NCBI GenBank assembly: GCA_039208735.1
Contig: JBCCQY010000029.1
Location: 10,522 to 74,521 of the forward strand
DNA: 64,000 nucleotides
Source of the DNA: Myxococcota bacterium
GTDB taxonomy: Bacteria; Myxococcota_A; UBA796; GCA-2862545
Direction of reading: 5' to 3'
The position numbers and the translations under genes were made by a program. The notes beneath the pieces were generated by a model. The model had not been told where the DNA came from. It did no database searches and was given only the letters and a program-made list of their open reading frames with translations. Of the stretch, positions 31,346 through 40,969 are shown piece after piece. Each line of letters opens with the position of its first letter. Within the stretch, counting starts at the first letter, position 1.

Positions 31346-31866
31346 TGATGACCCTTCTCATGGTGATGTTGGCCACCGGGTTTGCCCAGAAGGCACCCGA
31401 TGTGACCTCGCCCCTGACGCCTTTGGACGAGGTCGTCCTCATCGACGGCCTGCCTCCGGGACCGCAGCCCTCGGCTGAAGAAGCCTTGGCGGTGGCGAAG
31501 AAGCTCGGGGCCGAGATGCGCTGCCCGGTCTGCCAGGGCATGTCCGTCAAGGACTCAACGAGTGCCGCTGCGGTCAACATGTACCGGCGCATCCATGATC
31601 TTGCGCGCGCGGGCTACACCGAGACCCAAATCAAAGACTACTTCGTCGACCGCTACGACGAGTGGGTGCTGCTTGAGCCGACCCAGGAAGGGTTCAACCT
31701 GCTGGTGTGGGTGGGGCCGGGACTGTTCTTGATGCTCGGTCTGGGGCTCGTTTACACCACGGTGTCGCGCTGGGAAAAAGAAGACGACGAACTTCCTTCT
31801 GATACGGGTGAACAGCCCAAAGACCGCTACGAAGAGCGACTGCTCGCCGAGCTGGAGGACGAGTGA
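31342..31866 (+). CDS. ccmH: Cytochrome c biogenesis protein CcmH
   Basis: MRCPVCQG.SV.DS and YFVDRY.EWVLLEP motifs. Confidence 0.9.
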   Translation: MMMTLLMVMLATGFAQKAPDVTSPLTPLDEVVLIDGLPPGPQPSAEEALAVAKKLGAEMRCPVCQGMSVKDSTSAAAVNMYRRIHDLARAGYTETQIKDYFVDRYDEWVLLEPTQEGFNLLVWVGPGLFLMLGLGLVYTTVSRWEKEDDELPSDTGEQPKDRYEERLLAELEDE

Positions 31867-33611
31867 TGGCATGGTGGGTGGTGGTCTGGGCTGATGCAGC
31901 CTGGGCAGCAAATCCGCACGGGACCGAAGGCCAGGACTGGTACGTCCCGTTGGGTGTGGTGATCATCGGAATGGTGGTCGGCTTCGTGCTGATCTCACGG
32001 CAGACCGAAGCGGATGCTCGCATCGACGAAGAGGCTCGGGAAATCGACCTCGGAGCCACGCGCGACGAGGTGGTCGAGGCGTTGCGGCAGCTCGAAGTCG
32101 AAAAGTCGAAGATGGACCCTGGCCAGTACGAGACCGAACGGCAGCAGCTGCTCGCTCGTGGGGCCAAAGCCATGCGCGAACTCGATGACGAAGCGCCGGA
32201 AGACGACGGTGTGGTTGCGCCCAAGGCGGCGGCGGCGAGTTCGGCAGAGCCGACTCCGGCCGAGGGTCCGCTCGGCATTTGGAACGCCTTGGCGCCAGAG
32301 TGGCGCGGAGCCATCACCGCCCTCACGGTGGTCGCGGTCATCGCAGGCTTCATCTTCATGGCGCAGAACGATTCTCGGGTGCGTCGTGAAGGGGAGTCCA
32401 TCACGGGCAGCGACATCGTGACGAACAACAATGCGCGTCCGCAAGGCCTCGAGAAGGCAGACCCGCAGGTGGTCGCCATGATCGAAGCGCTCGAGACACA
32501 GCTCAAGGAAGACCCGCAAGACGTTCAGGTCCTCAATCAGCTCACGCAGCTCTACCTGTCGGCGAACGTGCCCGCGCAGGCCATGAACTACAACACCGAA
32601 GTGCGCAAGATCGACCCGAAAGACAAGGATGGGCTTGCGTATCTCGGTGTGCTGCGCATGATGATGGGCATGGGCGAAAAGGCGCTTGAGCCGCTCGACG
32701 AGGTCTTGGCCGAAGACGGCAATCACCTGTTGTCGTTGGTCTACAAGGGCCTCATCGAAATCGAACTCGGCCGCTACGATAGTGCGGTCACCCAGCTTGA
32801 AAAGGCGATGACGCTCGCGCCGGGCAATCCGATGATCACCCAGGCGTTGGCCGATGCGAAGCGGTTTGCATCGGGCGATACGCCAGTTCCTGGCGGCAAG
32901 GGTGGTGAACTCATCGTGCGGGGCACGATGGACCTCGATCCGTCGGTCAAGGGCTCGCTGAAGGGCAACGAGGTCGTGTTCCTGAGCGTGAAAGATCCGA
33001 GCCAGGCCGGACCGCCGGTCGCCGCGATTAAGCTGCCGGCTTCGTTCCCGGCTCCCTTTTCGATCACCACGGCCGACATTCGCGCGATGGCCGGCAACAC
33101 GACGGTGCCTGCGCAGTTGTCGCTCACCGTTCGGGTGGACCTCGACGGCAACGCGATGACCAAAGAAAAGGCTCCGATCGCCGTTGTGACGGGCATCGCG
33201 AAGGGAGCCTCCGGGGTCTCGGCGATCCTGTCGCTCGATGGCGCACCGACCGAGGCACCCTCGGTGGCGGCGGCTTCGGCGGCCGCTGCGGGTGACACCA
33301 TCGTGTCCGGAACCGCGACGTTGGCCCCGGGCAAGGATGCCAACGGGGTGGTGTTCATCAGTGCGCGCCCGATCGCGGGCGGTCCACCCGTGGCGGCCAA
33401 GCGGATTCCCGGGGCGTCGTTCCCGCTTCGCTTCAGCCTGACGAAGGCCGACGTCATTCCGATGATGGCCGGCCGTCCGCTGCCCGACGAGATCATCTTG
33501 AAGGTCCACGTGGACCGTGATGGCAACGTCACCACCCAAGAAGACGGCCCCACCGCCGTGCTCGCAAGTGTGAAGCGAGGCACCACCGGCGTTGAGCTAC
33601 AGCTCGAGTAG
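31863..33611 (+). CDS. ccmI: CcmI/CycH-like TPR protein with duplicated C-terminal Ig-like domain
   Basis: TM - 'L.QLE.E...G.Y' - TM - TPRs - two copies of 'VVF.S....GPPVAA.....FP..FS.T.AD'. Confidence 0.75.
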   Translation: MMAWWVVVWADAAWAANPHGTEGQDWYVPLGVVIIGMVVGFVLISRQTEADARIDEEAREIDLGATRDEVVEALRQLEVEKSKMDPGQYETERQQLLARGAKAMRELDDEAPEDDGVVAPKAAAASSAEPTPAEGPLGIWNALAPEWRGAITALTVVAVIAGFIFMAQNDSRVRREGESITGSDIVTNNNARPQGLEKADPQVVAMIEALETQLKEDPQDVQVLNQLTQLYLSANVPAQAMNYNTEVRKIDPKDKDGLAYLGVLRMMMGMGEKALEPLDEVLAEDGNHLLSLVYKGLIEIELGRYDSAVTQLEKAMTLAPGNPMITQALADAKRFASGDTPVPGGKGGELIVRGTMDLDPSVKGSLKGNEVVFLSVKDPSQAGPPVAAIKLPASFPAPFSITTADIRAMAGNTTVPAQLSLTVRVDLDGNAMTKEKAPIAVVTGIAKGASGVSAILSLDGAPTEAPSVAAASAAAAGDTIVSGTATLAPGKDANGVVFISARPIAGGPPVAAKRIPGASFPLRFSLTKADVIPMMAGRPLPDEIILKVHVDRDGNVTTQEDGPTAVLASVKRGTTGVELQLE

Positions 33612-34169
33612 GTCGTTGCCCCAGGGGATGAGCCGCGCGGTGTTGTGAGCATCGGCCACCGCCCGGTGCGGCGTCCCTTCGAACCCAAGCCCGGCGCGGG
33701 CCAACGCCTCGTCGAGGCGCATCCATGTCCGAGTCTCGCCGCGTTTGCGAAGGCGCTTGGCCAACCATGAGCGGAGGTTGACGGCTTGCCAGGGGGGCGG
33801 CTCCATCGACGCGCGCCGACAGTCCCTGGCGAACTGGCGGTGGTCGAAGGTTCCCCAGCTGCCAACGACGGTATGCGGTTCGATCCACCGCAGGAAATCC
33901 GTATACGCTTCGGCGAACGGCATGCCACCGTCGACATCGGCTTGGGTCAGCCCGGTAAGTCGGGTGCAGAACGCCGACAATCGAGGGTGTCGGCGGGGTT
34001 TGATGACCCGCCGAAATGCGGGCTCCCCATCGAGGGGAAACCGCACGGCGCCAATCTCGATGATTTCGCATTCGTTGCGTTGGTCGGCCGATAGCGCCGC
34101 ATGCTCATCCGGGTGCCAGCATGTCGCTTCGATATCGACGACGATGCCTCGTTCGAATGCCATCGTCAT
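33597..34169 (-). CDS. DEDDh 3'-5' exonuclease (ERI-1/KapD-like)
   Basis: VDIEATC, EIIEIGAV, FCTRLTGLTQ, SWGTFD and HRAVADA motifs. Confidence 0.9.
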   Translation of the reverse strand: MTMAFERGIVVDIEATCWHPDEHAALSADQRNECEIIEIGAVRFPLDGEPAFRRVIKPRRHPRLSAFCTRLTGLTQADVDGGMPFAEAYTDFLRWIEPHTVVGSWGTFDHRQFARDCRRASMEPPPWQAVNLRSWLAKRLRKRGETRTWMRLDEALARAGLGFEGTPHRAVADAHNTARLIPWGNDLLEL

Positions 34170-34386
34170 GGGGCCCCTGTGCCTGGCCACGGGGTTTGTC
34201 GTGGTCGAGCCTTGACCAAGAGGCAAGGAGAAGGAGGAGCGCCCCCTCGACAGGAATTTCGACACAACCCGTGGAAGAGAACGAGTCGGGGGGCCCTCAG
34301 AAAGTTCATGACAATCGATTTGCCGGACTGTCTTCAAAACCTGTCAGAAGAGGGTCACGGATTTGGGAAGTTCGGTTTTGAAGGCC

Positions 34387-35433
34387 TTACTTGGCTTCGG
34401 CCTGAACAACCGGTTCGTGAACATCCACCCCATTTTCGATGATGTCGCCCACACCGAAGTGCTGCAGGACGTGGTTGCGGATTTGAACACCGACCTGAGG
34501 GTTCTCGCGAATGAAGCCGCAGGCGTTTTCCTTGCCCTGACCCATGCGCTGGTCGCCAAGCGAGTACCACGAGCCGCTCTTGCGAACGAGGCCGGTGCTC
34601 ACACCAAGATCGACGAGTTCAGCCTCTTGCGAGACCCCAAATCCATACATGATGTCGAATTCAACGACCCGGAAGGGCGGAGCGAGTTTGTTCTTGGTGA
34701 CCTTCACCTTGGTGCGGTTGCCAAGCACCTCTTCGCCCTTCTTTACCGAGCCAATCCGCGTCACTTCCATGCGAATGGACGAGTAGAATTTGAGGGCCTT
34801 ACCACCCGTGGTGGTCTTGGGGCTCCCGAACATCACCCCGATCTTCTCGCGGATCTGGTTGATGAAGATGACCACACAATGGGACTTGTGGATGGCGCCT
34901 GTGAGCTTCCGCAGTGCCTGGCTCATGAGTCGAGCCTGGGCACCGGGCAGGGAGTCGCCCATGTCGCCTTCGAGTTCGGCCTTGGGCACCAGTGCGGCCA
35001 CGGAGTCGATCACCACCACGTCGATGGCGCCGGAGCGCACCAACGTCTCGGCGATTTCGAGCGCCTGCTCGCCGTTGTCGGGCTGGGAGATGAGCATCTC
35101 GTCGACCTTTACGCCGAGATTGCGGGCGTAGTTCGGGTCGAGCGCGTGCTCGGCATCGATGAAAGCCGCAGTACCGTCAAGCATCTGGGCCTGGGCAATG
35201 GCCTGCAGGGCCAACGTGGTCTTGCCGCTAGATTCGGCGCCGTAGATTTCGACGACGCGGCCGCGAGGCAGGCCTCCAATGCCGAGCGCAATGTCGAGGC
35301 CGAGCGAGCCGGTAGAAATCGCCTGAACCTGCGGAATGTCGGCGTCGCCGTAGCGCATGATCGCGCCTTTGCCGAACTGGCGGTGGATAGACGCGATGGC
35401 GGCGTCGATGGCCTTGCTGCGTTCGTCAGCCAT
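34387..35433 (-). CDS. recA: Recombinase RecA
   Basis: [41 protein letters not shown] and KNKLAPPF motifs. Confidence 0.99.
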   Translation of the reverse strand: MADERSKAIDAAIASIHRQFGKGAIMRYGDADIPQVQAISTGSLGLDIALGIGGLPRGRVVEIYGAESSGKTTLALQAIAQAQMLDGTAAFIDAEHALDPNYARNLGVKVDEMLISQPDNGEQALEIAETLVRSGAIDVVVIDSVAALVPKAELEGDMGDSLPGAQARLMSQALRKLTGAIHKSHCVVIFINQIREKIGVMFGSPKTTTGGKALKFYSSIRMEVTRIGSVKKGEEVLGNRTKVKVTKNKLAPPFRVVEFDIMYGFGVSQEAELVDLGVSTGLVRKSGSWYSLGDQRMGQGKENACGFIRENPQVGVQIRNHVLQHFGVGDIIENGVDVHEPVVQAEAK

Positions 35434-35556
35434 GGGGGGCTCCGTTTCGGTAGATGAGCAATGGGTGACCCCTCCGAATACACCCATCACGACGTGAAAA
35501 CCAGTCAATAGACCAGAAGTTGTCCGCATAGATGCGAACCATGGGAGGGGAAGATC

Positions 35557-36816
35557 TCAAGCGAGCAACCGGCGTCGCAGCATCTCGAAGGCCGAGGCGA
35601 CTGCGAGGTTCTGGATGCGTTCCCGGTCGCCGGGAAGGTGAAAGCGACGGTGGGTGGACCCACCCGGGCCCGAGACGGCGATATGAACCGTGCCTACAGG
35701 CTTGTCTTCGGTGCCTCCGCCCGGACCCGCAATGCCGGTCACCCCGACTCCCCAGGTGGTGCCGGCGCGTTCGCGAACGCCGGTGGCCATTTGGTGAGCC
35801 ACGGGTTCACTGACCGCGCCATGGGTGTTGAGGTCGTCTTCGACGACGCCGAGCAACCGAATCTTGGCCGCGTTGGAATAGGTCACCAAACTTTCCATGA
35901 ACCAGCGGCTCGAACCGGGGATTGCCGTACAGGCCGCGGCGATGCGACCGCCGGTGCACGACTCGGCCACCGCGAGGGTGTGGCCCCGAGCAGCCACCAG
36001 TCGAGCGACCGTCTCGGCGTGAGTGCCCCCACCCGTGTCGAACCCGATCAGTGGGGACGGGGAACCCTCGACGGTGAAGACCCAGCGACCCACTCGTTGC
36101 AACATCGATTCGGTGGCGGTGACCATGGCATCGGAGCTGACTGTGGGCTCGAACCTTAGTTTGAGGTGATTTTCAGGCAGTTTGGTGCGGAAGCTCACCG
36201 TGCACCCGGGCACCTGCCAGCCCGTGAGCGCCTGCTGCAAGTCGGACTCGCCGACCCCTACACACCGCAAGGTGATGAGGCGGCCCGGGCGCAGGGCAAA
36301 TCGGGGTCGTAGGAGGGGAAGGACCCGCTCCCGGAAGAGGTTACGCATTTCGCGCGGGACCCCGGGCAGGCAGGCGAACCACGTTTTGTCGCCTTCGAAG
36401 GCAAAGCCTGGTGCCGTGCCCCAATCGTTGTCGAGCCGGTTGCTGCCTTTGGGCAACCACGCCTGCCGCTCATTGACCGGGGCCATCGTGCGACCAAAGG
36501 AGGCAAAGCGATCGCGGATCTGTTGGAGGGCGACCTCGTCGAGTTCGAGAGGACGCCCAAACGTTTCGGCAACGGCCTGGGTGGTGAGGTCATCGTCGGT
36601 GGGGCCCAGTCCACCGGTACAGATGCAAAGGCCTCCTCGCGACCCCAGATCCCGAAACGCTTCGACAAGGTCGGGCAGGCGGTCACCCACGCTCAGGTGA
36701 CGCCGTACAGTAAAGCCGATCGTGGTGAGTTGATCGGACAACCAGGCCGCATTGGTGTCTGCGATCTGGCCGGTGACGACCTCGTCGCCCTGCGAGAGAA
36801 CATGTGCGTCGGGCAT
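35557..36816 (-). CDS. cinA: Competence/damage-inducible protein CinA (MoCF + NMN deamidase domains)
   Basis: GDEVVTGQIADTN, GGLGPTDDDLT, LPGVPREM, AESCTGG, GAVSE and TGIAGPGGG motifs. Confidence 0.95.
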   Translation of the reverse strand: MPDAHVLSQGDEVVTGQIADTNAAWLSDQLTTIGFTVRRHLSVGDRLPDLVEAFRDLGSRGGLCICTGGLGPTDDDLTTQAVAETFGRPLELDEVALQQIRDRFASFGRTMAPVNERQAWLPKGSNRLDNDWGTAPGFAFEGDKTWFACLPGVPREMRNLFRERVLPLLRPRFALRPGRLITLRCVGVGESDLQQALTGWQVPGCTVSFRTKLPENHLKLRFEPTVSSDAMVTATESMLQRVGRWVFTVEGSPSPLIGFDTGGGTHAETVARLVAARGHTLAVAESCTGGRIAAACTAIPGSSRWFMESLVTYSNAAKIRLLGVVEDDLNTHGAVSEPVAHQMATGVRERAGTTWGVGVTGIAGPGGGTEDKPVGTVHIAVSGPGGSTHRRFHLPGDRERIQNLAVASAFEMLRRRLLA

Positions 36817-36826
36817 GGGTCCTTCT

Positions 36827-36842
36827 CTGAACAGATGTCCAG
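36827..36842 (-). promoter_or_regulatory. Myxococcus-type LexA (SOS) box candidate upstream of cinA-recA
   Basis: Minus strand reads CTGGACATCTGTTCAG. This matches 15 of the first 16 positions of the recalled M. xanthus consensus CTRHAMRYBYGTTCAGS. It lies 11 bp before the cinA ATG. Confidence 0.65.
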
Positions 36843-36982
36843 CGACGTAATTCGCTGGTGGGGGTTGGCAAGGCGGGTCTCTAACTCTCCTCCCAAGATT
36901 TCCGCCGAAGGGCATCGAGTCCAGAAGCGGTACGCAATAGACGAGGTCGATGCACCGTACCGGTGGCAGGGGAGCGAGACGC

Positions 36983-37405
36983 GTGGGACGGGTCATGGGC
37001 CTGGACGTAGGCACGAAGACGATCGGCATCGCGGTGAGCGATGAGGCGCGAATCATCGCCAGTCCGCTTCGCACGCTGTCGCGCCGTTCGGTGAAGCGCG
37101 ACGTCGATGAACTCGGCCCGATCGTCGAGGAACGAGGCATCGAAGCCGTTGTGGTGGGGCTGCCCTACGAACTCGACGGGAGCGAGGCGCGCTCCGCTCG
37201 ACTGGCTCGGCAGGTTGGTGAGGCGGTTCGCGAGCGCTTCGAGGTGCCGGTTCACTACGTCGACGAGCGGTTCACGTCGGTCGACGCCGAGCGCCAGCTC
37301 ATCGAGGCTCGGGTGTCGCGGCAGCGGCGTCGGGAGATCATCGATCAGCAGGCGGCTTGCATCATTTTGCAGACCTTCCTCGATCATCCGGAGATGGGGA
37401 CATGA
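36983..37405 (+). CDS. ruvX: RuvX/YqgF family nuclease (pre-16S rRNA processing)
   Basis: MGLDVGTKTIGIAVSD, VVVGLP, VDERFTS and IDQQAACIILQ motifs. Confidence 0.95.
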   Translation: MGRVMGLDVGTKTIGIAVSDEARIIASPLRTLSRRSVKRDVDELGPIVEERGIEAVVVGLPYELDGSEARSARLARQVGEAVRERFEVPVHYVDERFTSVDAERQLIEARVSRQRRREIIDQQAACIILQTFLDHPEMGT

Positions 37406-38139
37406 AGCGTGACCTGTTTTCGGCGAGCCACCTCGTGCTCGCTGCGATTGCCTTGCTCGTAGGGATTGGCATTGGGCGGTTTAGCCCCCAGTCCGAATTG
37501 CGGCGGACCAAGCAGGCGCTCGCCGTGGCCGAAGCGCGTCGGTGTGATGACGCCGGCGCGGTAGGACGGCAGATCGCGGAGGCGCTCGGGGGGCGGCCGG
37601 TCGTCGATCTGCCCGAAGACCGTGGGCCACGCCAGGCCGACGTACCGTTGGCCTCGCCAAAACCTTCCGAGGAGCCTGCGGTTGAGCCCAATGCGATCGT
37701 GGCCGGTGAAGGAGACGGGTCGGACTTCGAACTCGACTTCAACGGCTTTGATGATCTTTCGCCTGAAGAACAGAGCGATCGACTGGGTGCCATTCGCGAC
37801 GCGGTGGCCATGCGCAAGGCCCAAGCGCGCCAGGCGTTTATCGAGCAAGTGGACCCCACGGACGCCCAGCTCACCGTATTGGAGGACGTCGTTGCCGAGA
37901 TGAACGATGCGCTCGTCGATGAGGCCGCCACCTTCATGGACACGGTTCGGGAGGGCGACCCCACCCGCCGGGAAGGGCTCGAGTTTGCGCGCAACACCAT
38001 CGATGTGTTGCTCGATGCCGAGGATGGGCTCAGGGATTCATTGACCGACGATCAACTGGATCAGGCCGACCCTGAGGCCTTGGATCCCCTCGGATTCATC
38101 GATCCCACCCTCGTTGAGACCTTGGTCGAACTGCGATGA
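37402..38139 (+). CDS. Hypothetical acidic protein with N-terminal TM
   Basis: ATG overlaps the ruvX stop. TM followed by an acidic helical region. Coupled to the ABC genes downstream. Confidence 0.7.
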   Translation: MKRDLFSASHLVLAAIALLVGIGIGRFSPQSELRRTKQALAVAEARRCDDAGAVGRQIAEALGGRPVVDLPEDRGPRQADVPLASPKPSEEPAVEPNAIVAGEGDGSDFELDFNGFDDLSPEEQSDRLGAIRDAVAMRKAQARQAFIEQVDPTDAQLTVLEDVVAEMNDALVDEAATFMDTVREGDPTRREGLEFARNTIDVLLDAEDGLRDSLTDDQLDQADPEALDPLGFIDPTLVETLVELR

Positions 38140-39029
38140 GAGACGTCTTGCTCATCGCGCGCTTCGAGGTGCTGCGTGCGATTCGAACGTGGCGGGCTCT
38201 GGCTCTCGTCGTGCTGGTCTCGGTCGCCATGGGAGGTGGGGCGTACCTATTCACGCGGTTCATCGGGCTCATGGAGAACCAGCTGGCCACCCAGCTTGGC
38301 GTGGCGAGAACCCGGGTCCCTGGGGCGATGCTCCAAGAACTCGTGACGTCCGACTCCTACCGCGACGTCGTGACCCAGGTTTTTGGCGACCCCGCCATGC
38401 AGGAGTGGATTCTGCAGCTGCATCCAGCGGCATTGTTCTACTTTGGCTTGGCCACCCTGGTGCTGCCCTTCTTCGCGGCGACCGCGAGTGCAGAAAGCCT
38501 CTCCATCGACGTGCAATCCCGGGCGATTCGTTTCGAAGCACTCCGCACATCGCGATTGGACCTTGTCGCGGGACGTTTTTTAGGCCAGGCCTCGATTCTT
38601 ACGTTCGCCGTCATCGTGGCGGCGGCCACCGCCTTGATCGTCACGGCCCTTTCCATGCGGGTCGCACAGCCCGTTAGTCTGATGATCGATGTGTTGCGTT
38701 TTTCGCTTCGCGCCTGGGTCTTCGGCATGCCGTTCGTCGGCCTTGGCATCGCCGCATCGCAGCTCACCTCATCGCCGGCTTGGGCCCGGGTGCTCGCCAT
38801 TGGCGCGACGCTGGGAACCTGGGGCGCCGTCGCCTTCGGCCCCTGGCTGGGGGAGCGTCTCGGGGTGATCCACATCCTCGATGTGGTGCTCCTCACCATG
38901 CCGCAACGCCATCTCGATGCCCTGTGGGGCCCGGGTAACGATTGGCTGTTCAGCGGCTTCATCGAGCTGGTCTTGGCGTTGGTGGCCACCGTAGCTGCCT
39001 TTCCGGTCTTTGCGAGGAGGAACCTTTGA
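38136..39029 (+). CDS. ABC-2 type exporter permease
   Basis: 'IARFE', 'S.D...RAIRF...R..LVAGRFLG'; multiple TM segments. Confidence 0.8.
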   Translation: MRDVLLIARFEVLRAIRTWRALALVVLVSVAMGGGAYLFTRFIGLMENQLATQLGVARTRVPGAMLQELVTSDSYRDVVTQVFGDPAMQEWILQLHPAALFYFGLATLVLPFFAATASAESLSIDVQSRAIRFEALRTSRLDLVAGRFLGQASILTFAVIVAAATALIVTALSMRVAQPVSLMIDVLRFSLRAWVFGMPFVGLGIAASQLTSSPAWARVLAIGATLGTWGAVAFGPWLGERLGVIHILDVVLLTMPQRHLDALWGPGNDWLFSGFIELVLALVATVAAFPVFARRNL

Positions 39030-39940
39030 CCGCGGCGTTGTCGTTCGAAGGAGTGCGCAAGCGTTTTGGGTCGAACCAGGCGCTCGATGGGCTTTCGTTT
39101 CGCATTCCCGAGGGAACAGTGGCCGGGTTCGTCGGCCACAACGGGGCGGGCAAGACCACGGCGTTTTCGATCGTCAGCGGATTTTTGCCAATGGACGCAG
39201 GCACGTTTTCGGTCTTCGAGGAGGTGGACCCCACGCCGCAGGAACTCAAGGGTCGATTGGGGGTGCTTCCCCAGGATGCCGCCCTTCCCGAGCGGCACAC
39301 CCCGTTCGAGCTGTTGGCGCACCTGGGTCGTCTGCAGGGGTTGGCCCATCGCACGGCTCGTGACGAAGCGGCGCGGGTGCTCACCCTCGTGGGGTTGAAG
39401 GATCGTCAGAACGCCCTCATTGCGACGCTTTCGCATGGCATGCGGCGTCGTGTCGCGGTGGCGACTGCATTGACGGGGAATCCTGCGCTGGTGCTCCTCG
39501 ATGAGCCGCTGGCGGGTCTTGATCCGGTGCAGGCGCACGCCCTAAGGGACGCGCTCGCCGCGCTTCGCGGAGAACAGACCTTGGTCGTCAGCTCCCACAA
39601 CCTGTCCGAGTTGGAGCGACTCTGCGACTGGGTCGTGATGCTGAAGCAGGGGCGCTGCACGCGTCAGGGAACTGTCGAAAACGTGTCGGGCGAGCAAGAG
39701 GTGGTGCGTTGGAGCATCGTAGGCACCGCTCCGCTCGACGCCCTCCATGCCGCGCTACCCGACCACCGCTTTGTTGAGGACGCAGGTGCGGTGGTGCAGT
39801 ATCCGCCAGCCGAGGCCGATCTCGACGCGACCAGCGTCACCGTCATGGCCACGTTGGCGGCGGCAGGAGTTCCGCTGCGCGGGCTCGTGCGGGGCATGGG
39901 CCTCGAACAGCGATTCATCGACGACCTCGGTACGTCCTGA
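39026..39940 (+). CDS. ABC exporter ATP-binding protein
   Basis: GHNGAGKTT, LSHGMRRR, LLDEPLAGLDP and SSH motifs. TTG start with GAGGAGG RBS. Confidence 0.9.
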   Translation: MTAALSFEGVRKRFGSNQALDGLSFRIPEGTVAGFVGHNGAGKTTAFSIVSGFLPMDAGTFSVFEEVDPTPQELKGRLGVLPQDAALPERHTPFELLAHLGRLQGLAHRTARDEAARVLTLVGLKDRQNALIATLSHGMRRRVAVATALTGNPALVLLDEPLAGLDPVQAHALRDALAALRGEQTLVVSSHNLSELERLCDWVVMLKQGRCTRQGTVENVSGEQEVVRWSIVGTAPLDALHAALPDHRFVEDAGAVVQYPPAEADLDATSVTVMATLAAAGVPLRGLVRGMGLEQRFIDDLGTS

Positions 39941-39965
39941 CCGGGTCCCTGGTTCTGGAGAGCCC

Positions 39966-40841
39966 ATGAACGACCTTACGCGGCTGCCGAATGGACAGGA
40001 GAGGTGGATCGAGCGCCCCGATGGGACGCGCATCCGAACCGTTATGGGGGGCGACGGCCCGCCAACGGTCGTGTTCGTTCACGGGTATGGGGCGCACTTC
40101 GGCGAATGGAACGTCATCACCGAGAGCCTCGACGACATCGGTTGGGTCGCCTTCAACCTTCGCGGCCACGGTGGGTCGACGATCGGCACGGATGGGGTTG
40201 ACACCAATGCGATGGCCGAGGACTACAAGGCGGTCCTCGAAACCTACGATGTTCGCAACGGGGTCCTCGTCGGGCACTCCACGGGTGGCTTTCTCGGCAT
40301 CCGCTTCCTCCTTGAACATCCCGAGGTCGTCGCCGAACGGCTCCAGGGCTGTGTGCTCGTAGCCACGTTCGCAGGCGACGTGGGGCGAGCCAATCCGCAG
40401 AATCGAATCCAGATTCCCTTGATTCAATCCGGTATTCTTGTCCCCTCGCTGTCGTTCCGTCCCCTCGCCCGTGCGTTTGTGGGCTCGCTTTGCGGAGATG
40501 AGTTCGATTCTGACTACATCGATGGCTTTGTGCAGGCGTTCCGTCAGGCTGACCATCGAGCACTGGTTCCGCTGCTACGTGCCCTCGTCGTCGAAAACGA
40601 CTATGCCCGGTTGGGCGAAATCACCCTTCCATGTTCGATTCTCGTTGGCGAAAAGGACTCTACGACCCCCGAATTCCACGCAGACGATCTGCATGCCGGC
40701 ATTCGTGATTCGTCGTTGCAGCGATTGCCTGGCAAGGGCCACCTGCTCAACTGGGAAGCTCCCAAGGTCGTGGTCCGCGCGATTCGGGAGTTGCAAAGCA
40801 GGGTGACCCTGTCCAAGAGGCAAGGAGCGCGGCCAGAGTAG
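39966..40841 (+). CDS. Alpha/beta hydrolase
   Basis: HGYG, RGHGGS, nucleophile GHSTG, GEKD and GHLL motifs. Confidence 0.9.
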   Translation: MNDLTRLPNGQERWIERPDGTRIRTVMGGDGPPTVVFVHGYGAHFGEWNVITESLDDIGWVAFNLRGHGGSTIGTDGVDTNAMAEDYKAVLETYDVRNGVLVGHSTGGFLGIRFLLEHPEVVAERLQGCVLVATFAGDVGRANPQNRIQIPLIQSGILVPSLSFRPLARAFVGSLCGDEFDSDYIDGFVQAFRQADHRALVPLLRALVVENDYARLGEITLPCSILVGEKDSTTPEFHADDLHAGIRDSSLQRLPGKGHLLNWEAPKVVVRAIRELQSRVTLSKRQGARPE

Positions 40842-40969
40842 CGGGAAGCGAGGGCAGGTCTGTCGCGGTAGGGACGCGAGCGGTTTGCCACTTTGCCTCG
40901 CGCTGTGACGGTCATGGGGCCGGATGCCGAGCCGGAAAGCCCGATGGAGGCACGACGGAGGGTACTCCC

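Noticed and set aside
31995..33539. 514-aa minus-strand ORF over ccmI
   Set aside because: Antisense shadow. The plus-strand gene fits the ccm operon.
34332..34383. 10-bp inverted repeat CTTCAAAACC/GGTTTTGAAG just downstream of recA
   Set aside because: The 32-nt loop and lack of a U-tract do not support a terminator or ncRNA call.
34363..35457. 364-aa plus-strand ORF spanning recA
   Set aside because: Antisense shadow of a conserved high-GC gene, with no independent motifs.
35461..35487. ATGGGTG-N13-CACCCAT inverted repeat upstream of recA as a LexA site
   Set aside because: It does not resemble the CTG..GTTCAG box, and a 7-bp repeat can occur by chance.
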